Below are positions 1 through 8,990 of a stretch of DNA of 29,199 bases, in pieces. Made by a program: the position numbers and the translations under genes. The DNA comes from an uncultured Planctomycetaceae bacterium. Its GTDB lineage: Bacteria > Planctomycetota > Phycisphaerae > SM23-33. Each line of letters opens with the position of its first letter. Position 1 is the first letter of the stretch. The stretch spans positions 1 through 29,199 of the forward strand of contig CAYTQL010000002.1 of assembly GCA_964439555.1 (NCBI GenBank). Direction: 5' to 3'. The notes under the pieces were generated by a model. It had not been told where the DNA came from. It worked only from the letters and a program-made list of their open reading frames with translations, and made no database searches.

Positions 1-775
1 CCACGCGGGTAAGCCGGTCATAGTCCCACGCCGGATCGTTCCCGCGGAGCTTGACCTTGAGGCACGTCAGCCCGTCGCGGCGGATCCAGTCCCGCAGGAG
101 CACCGGGTATCCGTCGTCCGGCTCGGCGCCGGTCAGCTCGGACGGGTCGATCAGGTCCTTCCCGCCGACCAGATGCCAGGCGGGCAGCTTCGCCGGCGGC
201 TCGGAGACGAGGAAGTCCGCGGGATAGACCCCTTCGAAGCTCACGTCGGACCCCTCGGCCGGGACGAGGAACGCCGAGAGGTCGCGGCTCATCCAGTCGC
301 CGTTGTAGGTCCGGTAAATGTCCACGCCGTGGAGCCGCCCGTAGGCGTCGTGCAGGGCGATGTCGAACAACGAGCAACAGACCAGCGCCGCGAGGTAGGG
401 CATCGGCTCCTCCCGCCCGGCGTTGAATTCTTCCAGCAGCGTCCCGAGCTTCTGGAGCTGGAAGTCGTAGCCGATTTCCATCGGGTGCCCGCTCTCCTCG
501 AACCCGGCCCACGCTTCGGCCAGGATCAGCGAGAAGTTCTTCAGCGCCTCGCAGCGCTCTTCGTAGCCCAGTGCGCTCGGCCAGACCCACTGCACGCTCA
601 ACGGCGTCTCGCCCCAGCCGACCGCCCGCGCGCCCTCGGCGTCCGCGACGGTCATCTTCACGCGCCCGCAGGTCACGTGCGTCAATGTTTCCGGTCCGAA
701 CTTCAACGGCACGCGGGTCTCGACGGGGAGGAAGGACAGCTCGGCGGCGACGGGCGTTACGTTGCGTGGGTTCAT
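1..775 (-). CDS. Enolase-superfamily (mandelate racemase/muconate lactonizing-like) enzyme; start at 775, 3' end runs off the window
   Basis: Absent from the ORF track because there is no stop in the window. Hand translation from ATG 775: MNPRNVTPVAAELSFLPVETRVPLKFGPETLTHVTCGRV...GWGETPLSVQWVWPS...CCSLFDIALHDAYG...WHLVGG...LKVKLRGNDPAWDYDRLTRV. Has the N-terminal GWGE, the DIALHD motif and the catalytic KxK motif. SD AGGAG at 785-781. Confidence 0.8.
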   Translation of the reverse strand, partial: MNPRNVTPVAAELSFLPVETRVPLKFGPETLTHVTCGRVKMTVADAEGARAVGWGETPLSVQWVWPSALGYEERCEALKNFSLILAEAWAGFEESGHPMEIGYDFQLQKLGTLLEEFNAGREEPMPYLAALVCCSLFDIALHDAYGRLHGVDIYRTYNGDWMSRDLSAFLVPAEGSDVSFEGVYPADFLVSEPPAKLPAWHLVGGKDLIDPSELTGAEPDDGYPVLLRDWIRRDGLTCLKVKLRGNDPAWDYDRLTRV

Positions 776-792
776 GGGAACTCCTGTCATGG

Positions 793-820
793 CTCTCTGC
801 TCTCAGCTTTCAGCTACGGC
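793..820. repeat. Degenerate heptamer tandem repeat (CTCTCTG CTCTCAG CTTTCAG CTACGGC)
   Basis: Read directly from the sequence. This repeat type commonly flanks four-helix-bundle genes. Confidence 0.65.
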
Positions 821-840
821 CGGACGCGGCTGCTCGCGGT

Positions 841-968
841 TCAGAAGGTTTCGGCGGGGCTGAGCCGGCGGATCATCGCGGCCAGCATCCGCTTGATCTC
901 TCTTGCCTCTTGCTGGAGGCCGGTGTGCTCGGTCTGGCTCAAGAACCCGAGGTCCACAGAGCGGAGAG
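841..968 (-). pseudogene. C-terminal remnant of a four-helix-bundle protein (TIGR02436 / 23S rRNA-IVP-like)
   Basis: The frame reads LRSVDLGFLSQTEHTGLQQEAREIKRMLAAMIRRLSPAETF*, matching the family's last helices (LxxDLGYL...EIxRMLxxLIxxL). There is no start codon or N-terminal half, and the fragment abuts the stop of the upstream gene. Confidence 0.7.
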
Positions 969-2147
969 CTACGTCCCTTCGCGCAACAGCTTCCGCAGTT
1001 CGCTCTGCGCCCGCTTGCGGAGCCCGCCGCCTTCGCCGGTGGAGCGTTCGCGTTCGAGTCGGGCCATCAGGCGGTCGACGGCGCGGGCGTTGACGGGGAG
1101 GTCCACGACCTTCCCGCCGTAGCCGCTCAGCAGGATGGCGTTGGAAATTTCCAGTTCGTTGATCGCCTCGCGTCCGGCGACGATCATCGGCTTGCCGCGT
1201 TGGAGGTGGGCGACGAAGGCCTTGAGCACCTTCATGTGCTCGTGTCGGCTCGAGGGTTTGCACTCGACCTCGCGCCAGGCGACCTCGATCTCCGCGTCGT
1301 CCGGCGAGGCGATGGGGCAACGGGCCAGGTGCTTGCTGAGGGGCGTTTCCAGCTTGCCGAACTTCAGCGTCCCGTCGAAGACCAGCGTGCCCTTGTCCCC
1401 GGAGAACCTTAAAACCTCCTGCCCCGGCGCGTGGGCGGTGGAGAGGTAGATCGCCCCGGTCCGCCCGGGCCCGTACCAGCAGCTCACGGCGGCGGTGTTC
1501 TCGGCTTCGATATCGTGGTAGCGCGTCTCGGCGAACCCTGCGACCTTCCGGGGCATCCCGGCGATCCACTGGAAGAGGTCCAGCGAATGCGACGCCTGGT
1601 TGATCAGCACGCCGCCGCCCTCGCCGTCCCAGGTGCCGCGCCAGGGGGACGCCTCGTAGTACGCCTGCGTGCGGTACCAGTCGGAGCAGAGCAGCGAGGC
1701 GTGGTAGATCTCCCCGAGTTGCCCGCGTTCGACCATTCGCTTCATCTTGATCATCGCGTCGCGGCTGCGCTGCTGGAAGACCACGCCCAGCGCCACGCCC
1801 GCCTTCTCGCAGGCCTCGACGGCCGTCCGCGCGGCGCCGACGGTCGCGGCGAGCGGCTTCTCGCTGAGCACGTGGAGCCCGGCCTGGGCGGCGCGGACGA
1901 TCAGCGGGGGGTGGAGGTAGTGGGGCGTGGCGATTACGACCGCGTCGATGAGCCCGGAGTCGAACATCTCGCCCGCGTCGTCGAAGCCGGGCACGTCCAA
2001 CTCGCGTGAGATCGTTTCGATGTTCTCGGGAGCGGCGCAGGTGACGGCGCCCAGGGCGATCTCCCGCCCCGACGCCTCGGCGATCAGCCGCGCGTGCTTG
2101 GCCCCCATGAACCCCAACCCGACGACGCCGAATCGAATCTTCGCCAC
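969..2147 (-). CDS. Gfo/Idh/MocA family NAD(P)-dependent oxidoreductase
   Basis: N-terminal GVVGLGFMG Rossmann motif, VIATPHYLH, EKP motif, GGGVLINQASHSLD. GTG start with GGAGG SD at 2158-2154. Confidence 0.92.
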   Translation of the reverse strand: MAKIRFGVVGLGFMGAKHARLIAEASGREIALGAVTCAAPENIETISRELDVPGFDDAGEMFDSGLIDAVVIATPHYLHPPLIVRAAQAGLHVLSEKPLAATVGAARTAVEACEKAGVALGVVFQQRSRDAMIKMKRMVERGQLGEIYHASLLCSDWYRTQAYYEASPWRGTWDGEGGGVLINQASHSLDLFQWIAGMPRKVAGFAETRYHDIEAENTAAVSCWYGPGRTGAIYLSTAHAPGQEVLRFSGDKGTLVFDGTLKFGKLETPLSKHLARCPIASPDDAEIEVAWREVECKPSSRHEHMKVLKAFVAHLQRGKPMIVAGREAINELEISNAILLSGYGGKVVDLPVNARAVDRLMARLERERSTGEGGGLRKRAQSELRKLLREGT

Positions 2148-2185
2148 GATGCACCTCCCGGTTGCTTGCCCGTGCAGGGGCAGAG

Positions 2186-2237
2186 ACTCTACGCCCGTCC
2201 CCCCGCGGTTGCAACCCTGCGGACGCCCCGCTAGACT
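2186..2237. promoter_or_regulatory. Divergent sigma70-type promoter pair sharing one palindromic -35 hexamer
   Basis: + strand: TTGCAA(2209-2214)-N17-TAGACT(2232-2237). - strand: TTGCAA(2214-2209)-N17-TAGAGT(2191-2186). Confidence 0.55.
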
Positions 2238-2281
2238 CGCCTGCCCTACTCAATCCCCGAATTCGAGACCACGGAGTTGTA

Positions 2282-3778
2282 ATGGCAGCGAAGCGTCCGC
2301 ATATCGTTATCTTCAACCCGGACCAGTGGCGCGGGGACGTGCTGGGGCATATGGGGAACCCGGGTGCGGTGACGCCGAACCTCGACCGCATGGCCGCCAC
2401 CGACGGCGTGAGCTTCCGCAACGCGTTCTGTCAGAACACCGTCTGCACTCCGAGCCGATGCAGTTTCATGACCGGCTGGTACCCCCACACAAGGGGGCAC
2501 CGCACCATGTACCACATGCTGCGGGAGCATGAGCCTGTCCTGCTGCGGAAGCTGATGGACGCGGGCTACTTCGTCTGGTGGGGCGGCAAGAACGACCTGG
2601 TCCCCGGACAGAACGACCCGCAGGAGTACTGTCACGTCTACAACCGCCCGTCCCGCCCTTTGCGGAAGGACGGACACGAGGTGCACGACTGGCGCGGCGA
2701 CCCCGACGGCGACAACTACTACAGCTTCTACCGCGGCAAACTGGAAAAGGCCGAGGGCGAGGAGATGTATTACGACTGGAACTGGGCCCACGTCCTCGAC
2801 GCCTGCGAGCAGATCCGCAGCGGGGCGGGCGCCGGCGACCGGCCGATGTGCATCGACGTACCCATCGGCTTCCCGCACCCGCCGTATTGCGTGGAGGACC
2901 CCTGGTACAGCATGATCGACCGGGAGAAGGTTCCCGATCGCACGCCCGCCCCGGAGAACTGGGACGCCGCGAAGAAGCCGAGCATCGAGAAGGGCATCCA
3001 CCGCAACCAGCGCCTCGAAGGTTGGGCCGAACAGAGGTGGCGCGAACTGCGGGCGACGTACTACGGCATGTGCGCCCGGACCGATCATCAGTACGGATTG
3101 ATCGTCGAGGCACTCAAAGACGCGGGCATCTACGACGAGACGGCGCTGTTCATGTTCTCCGACCACGGGGACTTCACCGGCGATTACGGGCTGGTCGAGA
3201 AGACCCAGAACACCTTCGAGGACTGCCTCTCCCGCGTGCCCTTCGTCCTCAAGCCGCCGAAGGACTGGCACTGCCGGCCGCGGGTCTCCGACGCGCTGGT
3301 CGAGCTGATCGACTTCACCGCGACGGTCTACGACCTGGCCGGCATCGAACCCGGCTACGACCACTTCGGCCGCTCGCTGCGGGAGGTGCTCGCCGGGGGG
3401 ACCGACGCCCACCGCGACGCGGTCTTCTGCGAGGGCGGACGCCGCCGCGGCGAGGAGCAGTGCATGGAAAAGCAGAGCACCTCCAACCAGAACCCGGAGG
3501 GGCTCTACTACCCGCGGCTGGTGCTCCAGATCCAGGACGAGGGTCCGGAGCACACCAAGGCGACGATGTGCCGCACCCCGACGCACAAGTACACCCGGCG
3601 CCTGTATGAGTCCGACGAGCTTTACGACCTGACCGCCGACCCGATGGAGACGACCAACCTGATCGACGAGCCCGCCTGCGCCGGCGTCCTCGCCGAGTTG
3701 ACCGACCGCATGCTCACCTGGTTCCAGGAGACGGCCGACGTGGTTCCCCGCGACCCGGACGAACGCAACTTCGGTTAG
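2282..3778 (+). CDS. Formylglycine-dependent sulfatase (S1 family), no obvious signal peptide
   Basis: MAAKRPHIVIFNPDQWRGD, catalytic CTPSR motif (CQNTVCTPSRCSFMTG), PHPP, SDHG, ELYDLTADPME. Start ATG 2282 follows a GGAG SD. Confidence 0.93.
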   Translation: MAAKRPHIVIFNPDQWRGDVLGHMGNPGAVTPNLDRMAATDGVSFRNAFCQNTVCTPSRCSFMTGWYPHTRGHRTMYHMLREHEPVLLRKLMDAGYFVWWGGKNDLVPGQNDPQEYCHVYNRPSRPLRKDGHEVHDWRGDPDGDNYYSFYRGKLEKAEGEEMYYDWNWAHVLDACEQIRSGAGAGDRPMCIDVPIGFPHPPYCVEDPWYSMIDREKVPDRTPAPENWDAAKKPSIEKGIHRNQRLEGWAEQRWRELRATYYGMCARTDHQYGLIVEALKDAGIYDETALFMFSDHGDFTGDYGLVEKTQNTFEDCLSRVPFVLKPPKDWHCRPRVSDALVELIDFTATVYDLAGIEPGYDHFGRSLREVLAGGTDAHRDAVFCEGGRRRGEEQCMEKQSTSNQNPEGLYYPRLVLQIQDEGPEHTKATMCRTPTHKYTRRLYESDELYDLTADPMETTNLIDEPACAGVLAELTDRMLTWFQETADVVPRDPDERNFG

Positions 3779-3890
3779 CCCGAGGCGACGGGCGCCCGCC
3801 GCGCCCCGGCCGCAGAGGGGAACGCCACCGGCTTTGCCGTTCGCGGCGTGCGCTGCGGCGAAACGTGGTTTCACTGAAAGGATGCAGTCC

Positions 3891-5093
3891 ATGCCGCATG
3901 GAGACTGGTTCGGCGAAGCCCGCTACGGGATGTTCATTCATTGGGGCCCGTACTCGGTCGCCGGACGGGGCGAGTGGGTGATGAACCGCGAGCGGATTTC
4001 GCCTGCGGACTATCGCCGCTACGCCGAGGCCTTCACCGCCGCCGACTACGACCCCGCGCGCTGGGCGGACCTGGCCGTCGCGGCGGGGATGAAGTACGTG
4101 ATCCTCACCACCCGCCACCACGACGGGTTCGCCTTGTGGGACACGCGGACGACGGACTTCTGCGCTACCAGGTTGGGCCCGAAGCGCGACCTGCTCGTTC
4201 CGTACGTCGAGGCGGTCCGGGCGGCGGGGCTGAAGGTGGGTTTCTACTTTTCCGCAGCCGACTGGTCTCACCCGGACTACCCGGGCCCGCACCGCCGCGA
4301 CTGGCCGAGCGAGTGGGAGGACGACGCCGCCCGCCGACGCTTCATCGCCTACTACCACGCCCAGCTCGAGGAGCTGATTAGCCATTACGGGGACATCGAC
4401 ATCCTCTGGTACGACGGGTGCATCCCCCAGCCGCTCGACGGGGCGCGGATCAACGAACGCGTCAAGGAACTCCAGCCCCGGGTTCTCATCAACGAGCGCA
4501 ACGGCGAGCCCTTCGACTTCCGCTGCCAGGAGCAGTCCACCAAGGCCAAGGAAGGGCGCTGGGAAGCCTGCCTGACGCTCAACGGCAACTGGGGCTACCA
4601 TGCGGGCGATTCCGACTGGAAGTCGCCGCGCGACGTGATCCGCACGCTGATCACCACCGCCGCGGCCGGGGGAAACCTGCTGCTGAACGTCGGTCCGCGG
4701 GCGGACGGGCGAATTCCCGAGGAGTCCGGGCGCATTCTCAGGTCGGCCGGTCAGTGGCTGGCGCGGAACCGCGAGTTCCTCCCGAACTCCGGGCGCAGCC
4801 CCTTCACCTGGAACAACTGCTCGATGCCCACCGTTAAAGACGATCGCCTGTACCTGCACCTCCTCTACTGGCCGGGGACGGAGTACTGCTTTACCGACCT
4901 GGCCAATGAGGTCCGCGACGCCCGGTGGCTCGAAAGCGGAAAGCCGATCGCCTTCGAGCAGGACGGGCCGCGGCTGATCCTCAAGGGCCTGCCCGAGACC
5001 CCGCCGGACGCGATCGCCAGCACGGTCGTCCTCGACCTCGACGGGCCGGCGAAAACCGTAGCCGCCCAGGAGACGTTCTGGATCCCGGAGTAA
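3891..5093 (+). CDS. Alpha-L-fucosidase (GH29), no signal peptide
   Basis: WFGEARYGMFIHWG, AGMKYVILTTRHHDGFALW, nucleophile motif LWYDG, WGY, GGNLLLNVGP. AAAGGA SD before ATG 3891. Confidence 0.92.
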   Translation: MPHGDWFGEARYGMFIHWGPYSVAGRGEWVMNRERISPADYRRYAEAFTAADYDPARWADLAVAAGMKYVILTTRHHDGFALWDTRTTDFCATRLGPKRDLLVPYVEAVRAAGLKVGFYFSAADWSHPDYPGPHRRDWPSEWEDDAARRRFIAYYHAQLEELISHYGDIDILWYDGCIPQPLDGARINERVKELQPRVLINERNGEPFDFRCQEQSTKAKEGRWEACLTLNGNWGYHAGDSDWKSPRDVIRTLITTAAAGGNLLLNVGPRADGRIPEESGRILRSAGQWLARNREFLPNSGRSPFTWNNCSMPTVKDDRLYLHLLYWPGTEYCFTDLANEVRDARWLESGKPIAFEQDGPRLILKGLPETPPDAIASTVVLDLDGPAKTVAAQETFWIPE

Positions 5094-5238
5094 CGGCGGA
5101 ACGACGGTTCCCCGCAGAGCTCGGGGAGGTCGCCGACGAACACAACGGCCGCGGCATGAAGGGCCCGAGCCCCTTTGCGCAGCGAGAGCGGACGGCGGGG
5201 CGAATCTGCGGGTGTCCCCCGCGCTGTCGAGACAGGCA

Positions 5239-7068
5239 ATGGCTGAACCCGGTGATGACAAAGCGCAGTCTGCGGACGGCGGGCCCCCTCCGCTCCCGAA
5301 GGGGCCCGCGCCGCCTCCGCCCCCGCCGCTGCGCCCGAAGCGTCCGGCCGGGCGCTTCCGGCGGCGCCGGGAGAAGGACTGGGCAGCGGGCATTCGCATC
5401 TGCGCGTCGCGCGAGTTGCGGGCGTCGAGCCGGCGTCGGCGGACCTACCTGCTTCGCCTGCTCTACGTCGGGGCGCTGCTGCTGTACGTGGCGGTCGTCT
5501 GGTTGGCGGTCGCCGAGTACGCCGGAAGCGGGGCCGACGCCTACACCCTCTCCCGCATGGCCGAGGCGGGCAAGGAGGTCATCACCTCGCTGGTCTGGTT
5601 CCAGTTCCTCGCCCTGCCGCTGGCGGCGGTGTTCCTGACGAGCACGGCCTTTACGGACGAGTTCCAGGGCCGCTCCCTGCCAACGCTGCTGACGACGCCG
5701 CTGAGCTTCTGGCAGATCGTCGCCGGGCGGTACGCCGGGCGAATGGTGCAGTTGGTCGTGTTGATGCTCGCCTCGCTTCCGGTGCTGATGCTCGCGCGGG
5801 TCTTCGGCGGCGTCCCCTGGGGGTTCGTGATCGCCGGGGTCGGGCTGACGGCGGGGCTGACCCTCCTGGCTGGGGCGGTGGGGTTGACCATCGCGCTGGG
5901 GCACCGACGACTGATCGTGACGATTCTCCTGGCCGGGGCGGTGAGCCTGTTCTGGGCGTTGGTGCCCGGGGCGTACCTGGCGCAGCTTTCGAGGGCGATG
6001 CTCCAGGGCGAGCCCGGGGGCGTCGTCTGGCCGCTGCTGGTCGTCGGGTTGCTGGCGGTCGCCTACGGGTACCTTCAGAAGGCGGTGCCCCTGCTGGAGA
6101 ATACCGCCCTGGAAGGACACCCCGGGGGCAAGTTCGCCGCGTGGCGCGCCCAGCGGGCGACCGAAGCGACCGACCCGCACTTCGGCTGGGTGACGGGCGC
6201 GAACCCCGCGCGGGTGGAACTTTCGCCCGAGGGACGCCGACTTGCCGGCGAGGCCCGGGCCCGCGGCCGGCATCGGTCCGCCGAACCGGAACGCCGCGTG
6301 CAGATCGCCGGGTCCCCGATCGTGTGGCGCGACATGCGCCGCGGGCTGCTGGTCAACCGCGGCGACAAACTCGTCGCCCTGGCCGTCGTCGCCATCGCGC
6401 TGGGGTACCTCTACGCCTTCGCCGCCACCGGCGACATCCTGGACTCGGGCGGCTTCCAACTCGTCTGCTTCGGAATTGCGTTTCTCGCGGCCGTGGCGAT
6501 GGTCGGGCTTTCCGCGGCCACGTCGATCACCGCCGAACGCGAGTGCGGCTGCTGGGACCTGTTGCGCTGCTCCGCCCTGACCGACGGACAGATTCTGCGG
6601 GATAAGTTCCTCGTCGCCCTCCGCCGGGCGGAGGTCCCGGTGATCGTGCTGACGGCGAACCTGGCGTTTTTCCTGCTTTCCGGGGGCATCGCGCCGGATG
6701 CCGCGCTGGTGATTCTGCTGTGTGCGGTGACGGGAGTCCTCTCGGCCGCGGCGCTGGGGACGTTGTTCAGCGCCCGCAGCCGTCGCAGTCACGTGGCGCT
6801 GATGGGCCTGAGCATCACGCTCGGGCTGCTGTGGGTGGTGCTGCCCGGGCTGCTGGGCCTGTTCCGGGCGCTGCTGGGCGCCGGCGCCGAGTCGGTCGAG
6901 CGCCTCATCTACGCCATGCCGACGGTGCAGATGGTCGCGGTGCTGGACGCCGGGTTCGGCGGGCGTCGGCTCGCAATGGGCTTCATTGTCGCCACCCACG
7001 GCATACAGTGGTTAATCATCCTGGCGCTGCTCTGGCTGACGCGGCGTACCTTCCGCCGTTCGAAATAG
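5239..7068 (+). CDS. ABC-2-type transporter permease with two membrane domains (Planctomycete-type)
   Basis: Two clusters of transmembrane helices, each with a permease-like motif (TDEFQGRSLPTLLTTPL; TAERECGCWDLLRCSALT). Start taken at ATG 5239. Confidence 0.75.
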   Translation: MAEPGDDKAQSADGGPPPLPKGPAPPPPPPLRPKRPAGRFRRRREKDWAAGIRICASRELRASSRRRRTYLLRLLYVGALLLYVAVVWLAVAEYAGSGADAYTLSRMAEAGKEVITSLVWFQFLALPLAAVFLTSTAFTDEFQGRSLPTLLTTPLSFWQIVAGRYAGRMVQLVVLMLASLPVLMLARVFGGVPWGFVIAGVGLTAGLTLLAGAVGLTIALGHRRLIVTILLAGAVSLFWALVPGAYLAQLSRAMLQGEPGGVVWPLLVVGLLAVAYGYLQKAVPLLENTALEGHPGGKFAAWRAQRATEATDPHFGWVTGANPARVELSPEGRRLAGEARARGRHRSAEPERRVQIAGSPIVWRDMRRGLLVNRGDKLVALAVVAIALGYLYAFAATGDILDSGGFQLVCFGIAFLAAVAMVGLSAATSITAERECGCWDLLRCSALTDGQILRDKFLVALRRAEVPVIVLTANLAFFLLSGGIAPDAALVILLCAVTGVLSAAALGTLFSARSRRSHVALMGLSITLGLLWVVLPGLLGLFRALLGAGAESVERLIYAMPTVQMVAVLDAGFGGRRLAMGFIVATHGIQWLIILALLWLTRRTFRRSK

Positions 7069-7103
7069 CGCCTCCGCCGAGACTTCAAGCCAAGAGAGCC
7101 TGC

Positions 7104-8348
7104 GTGCACTGCCTGATCTACGATCCCCACCCGGCCGGATACGTCGCCTGCCGGCTGCTGAGCGGCGCCTGGGACGGGTGCCGCACGACCCGCCTGGGCG
7201 GGCTGCGCCTCGAGGACCGCGACCCGCCGCCGCTGCCCGGGGGCGACTGGGTCCGCGTGCGGACGCTGCTGGGCGGCGTCTGTGGAACCGACACGAGCAT
7301 CCTCGGCCAGGCGCCCCCGCCGGACAGCATCCTGGAACCGTTCGGCTCCCGCCCGATGATGCTCGGGCACGAGAACGTCGCCGTCGTCGAGCAGACCGGG
7401 CCCGAGGTGGACCCCTCGTGGGAGGGGACGCGCGTCTGCGTCGAGCCCACCCTCGGGTGCACCGCCCGCGGGATCGACCCGCCCTGCCGCCCGTGCAGCG
7501 ACGGACAGTTCGGCGCGTGCGAGAACTTCGGCGCGGCGGGGGAGGGGCGCTACGCCCTGCCCGCGGGGACGAGCATCGGCTACAACGCGGTCACCGGCGG
7601 CTCGTGGGGCGAGCAGTTCGTCGCCCACGTCTCCCAGCTCGTGCCCGTTCCGGACCAACTGCTCGACGAGCTGGCCGTGCTGACCGATCCGCTGGCGTGC
7701 AGCCTGCACGCGGCGTTGCGGGCGAACCTCGACGGCGCCTCGCAGGTGCTCGTGATCGGGCCCGGCATGCTCGGGCTCGGGCTCATCGCCTGCCTCCGGT
7801 CGATCGGTTACGCCGGACGCCTCGACGCCGTCGGCGTCGCCGGGTACACGCTGGGTTTCGCCAAGCAGTTGGGCGCCGACGAGGCCTTCCGCCTGCCCCG
7901 CGGACCCGCCCGCCACGACCGGATCGCCCGCCGCACCGGCGCGACCGTCCACCGGGCCCGCTTCGGCAACCGGATGCTCTCGGGCGGCTACGACGTGATC
8001 TTCGACTGCGCCGGCACGGCGCGGACCTTCTCGGACGCCCTGAAGTGGACCGCCGCCCGCGGACAGGTGGTGCTCGTGGCCACCGGGAGCGGGGGTAAGA
8101 TGGACCTGACGCCCGTGTGGTTCCGGGAGCTGGACGTTCGGGGCATCTACGGCCGGGCGATGGAACAGTGGAACGGCGAGCGGGTGGGCACGTACGAGCT
8201 CGTCCACCGCTTCATGTGTTCCGGCAAGCTCGACGCCGGACGGCTCTTGACGCACACCTTCCCCTTGAGCGACTATCGCCGGGCCCTGGACGCGGCGATG
8301 CACAAGGAACAGCACGAGGCGATCAAGGTCGCTTTCGACTTCCGGTAG
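7104..8348 (+). CDS. Zinc-binding alcohol dehydrogenase (MDR superfamily)
   Basis: GVCGTD, GHE, four structural-Zn cysteines (CTARGIDPPCRPCSDGQFGAC), GPGMLG nucleotide-binding motif, FDCAG. GTG start at 7104 is inferred; the track's longer ORF overlaps the upstream gene. Confidence 0.88.
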   Translation: MHCLIYDPHPAGYVACRLLSGAWDGCRTTRLGGLRLEDRDPPPLPGGDWVRVRTLLGGVCGTDTSILGQAPPPDSILEPFGSRPMMLGHENVAVVEQTGPEVDPSWEGTRVCVEPTLGCTARGIDPPCRPCSDGQFGACENFGAAGEGRYALPAGTSIGYNAVTGGSWGEQFVAHVSQLVPVPDQLLDELAVLTDPLACSLHAALRANLDGASQVLVIGPGMLGLGLIACLRSIGYAGRLDAVGVAGYTLGFAKQLGADEAFRLPRGPARHDRIARRTGATVHRARFGNRMLSGGYDVIFDCAGTARTFSDALKWTAARGQVVLVATGSGGKMDLTPVWFRELDVRGIYGRAMEQWNGERVGTYELVHRFMCSGKLDAGRLLTHTFPLSDYRRALDAAMHKEQHEAIKVAFDFR

Positions 8349-8393
8349 AGACGATCACGGGGCAGAAAGCCTCTTTCGAAGGAGCGAGACGGA

Positions 8394-8900
8394 ATGAGTG
8401 ATGCACCGCTGGTTGGAATCGTGATGGGCAGCGACAGCGACCTGGACGTGATGAGCAAGTGCGCTGCGCAGCTCGACGAACTGGGCATTTCCTGGGAGAT
8501 GCGGGTGATCTCCGCACACCGGACTCCGGATATCGCCCACGAGTACGCGGCGACGGCGCGGGATCGCGGGCTGAAGGTCATCGTCGCCGGGGCGGGCATG
8601 TCCGCGGCGCTGGGCGGGGTGCTGGCGGCCGGGTGCACGCTTCCGGTCATCGGCGTGCCGATCGCCTCGGGCCCGCTGGTCGGGTTCGACGCGGCGCTGT
8701 CGACTATGCAGATGCCCCCGGGCGTCCCGGTCGCCTGCATGGCCATCGGCGGGGCGAAGAACGCCGCCGTCCTGGCCGCGGAAATCCTCTCGGTCGCCGA
8801 CGACGCCCTGGCCTCGAAGCTCGACGAGTTCAAGACCGCCCAGGCCGAGAAGGTCAAGCAGAAGGACGCCGCGCTGGGCAAACGTCCCCCGGGCGCATGA
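8394..8900 (+). CDS. purE: Phosphoribosylaminoimidazole carboxylase / N5-CAIR mutase PurE
   Basis: VGIVMGSDSDL, SAHRTP, PVIGVP, STMQMPPGVPVA, KNAAVLA. Confidence 0.95.
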   Translation: MSDAPLVGIVMGSDSDLDVMSKCAAQLDELGISWEMRVISAHRTPDIAHEYAATARDRGLKVIVAGAGMSAALGGVLAAGCTLPVIGVPIASGPLVGFDAALSTMQMPPGVPVACMAIGGAKNAAVLAAEILSVADDALASKLDEFKTAQAEKVKQKDAALGKRPPGA

Positions 8901-8905
8901 AAAAA

Positions 8906-8977
8906 AGCCGACCCAGGGATTCGAACCCTGAACCTCAGCTTTACGAAAGCTGTGCTCTGCCGTTGAGCTAGGTCGGC
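8906..8977 (-). tRNA. tRNA-Thr(CGT)
   Basis: GCCGACCTAGCTCAACGGCAGAGCACAGCTTTCGTAAAGCTGAGGTTCAGGGTTCGAATCCCTGGGTCGGCT. Cloverleaf with anticodon loop TTCGTAA and a TTCGAAT T-loop. CCA is not encoded. Confidence 0.96.
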
Positions 8978-8990
8978 GTGCGAAGTACGT

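Noticed and set aside
841-968. Diversity-generating retroelement (Avd-like fragment plus the 31-bp repeat elsewhere)
   Set aside because: No reverse transcriptase is present, and the repeat pair is identical, with no adenine-specific mismatches.
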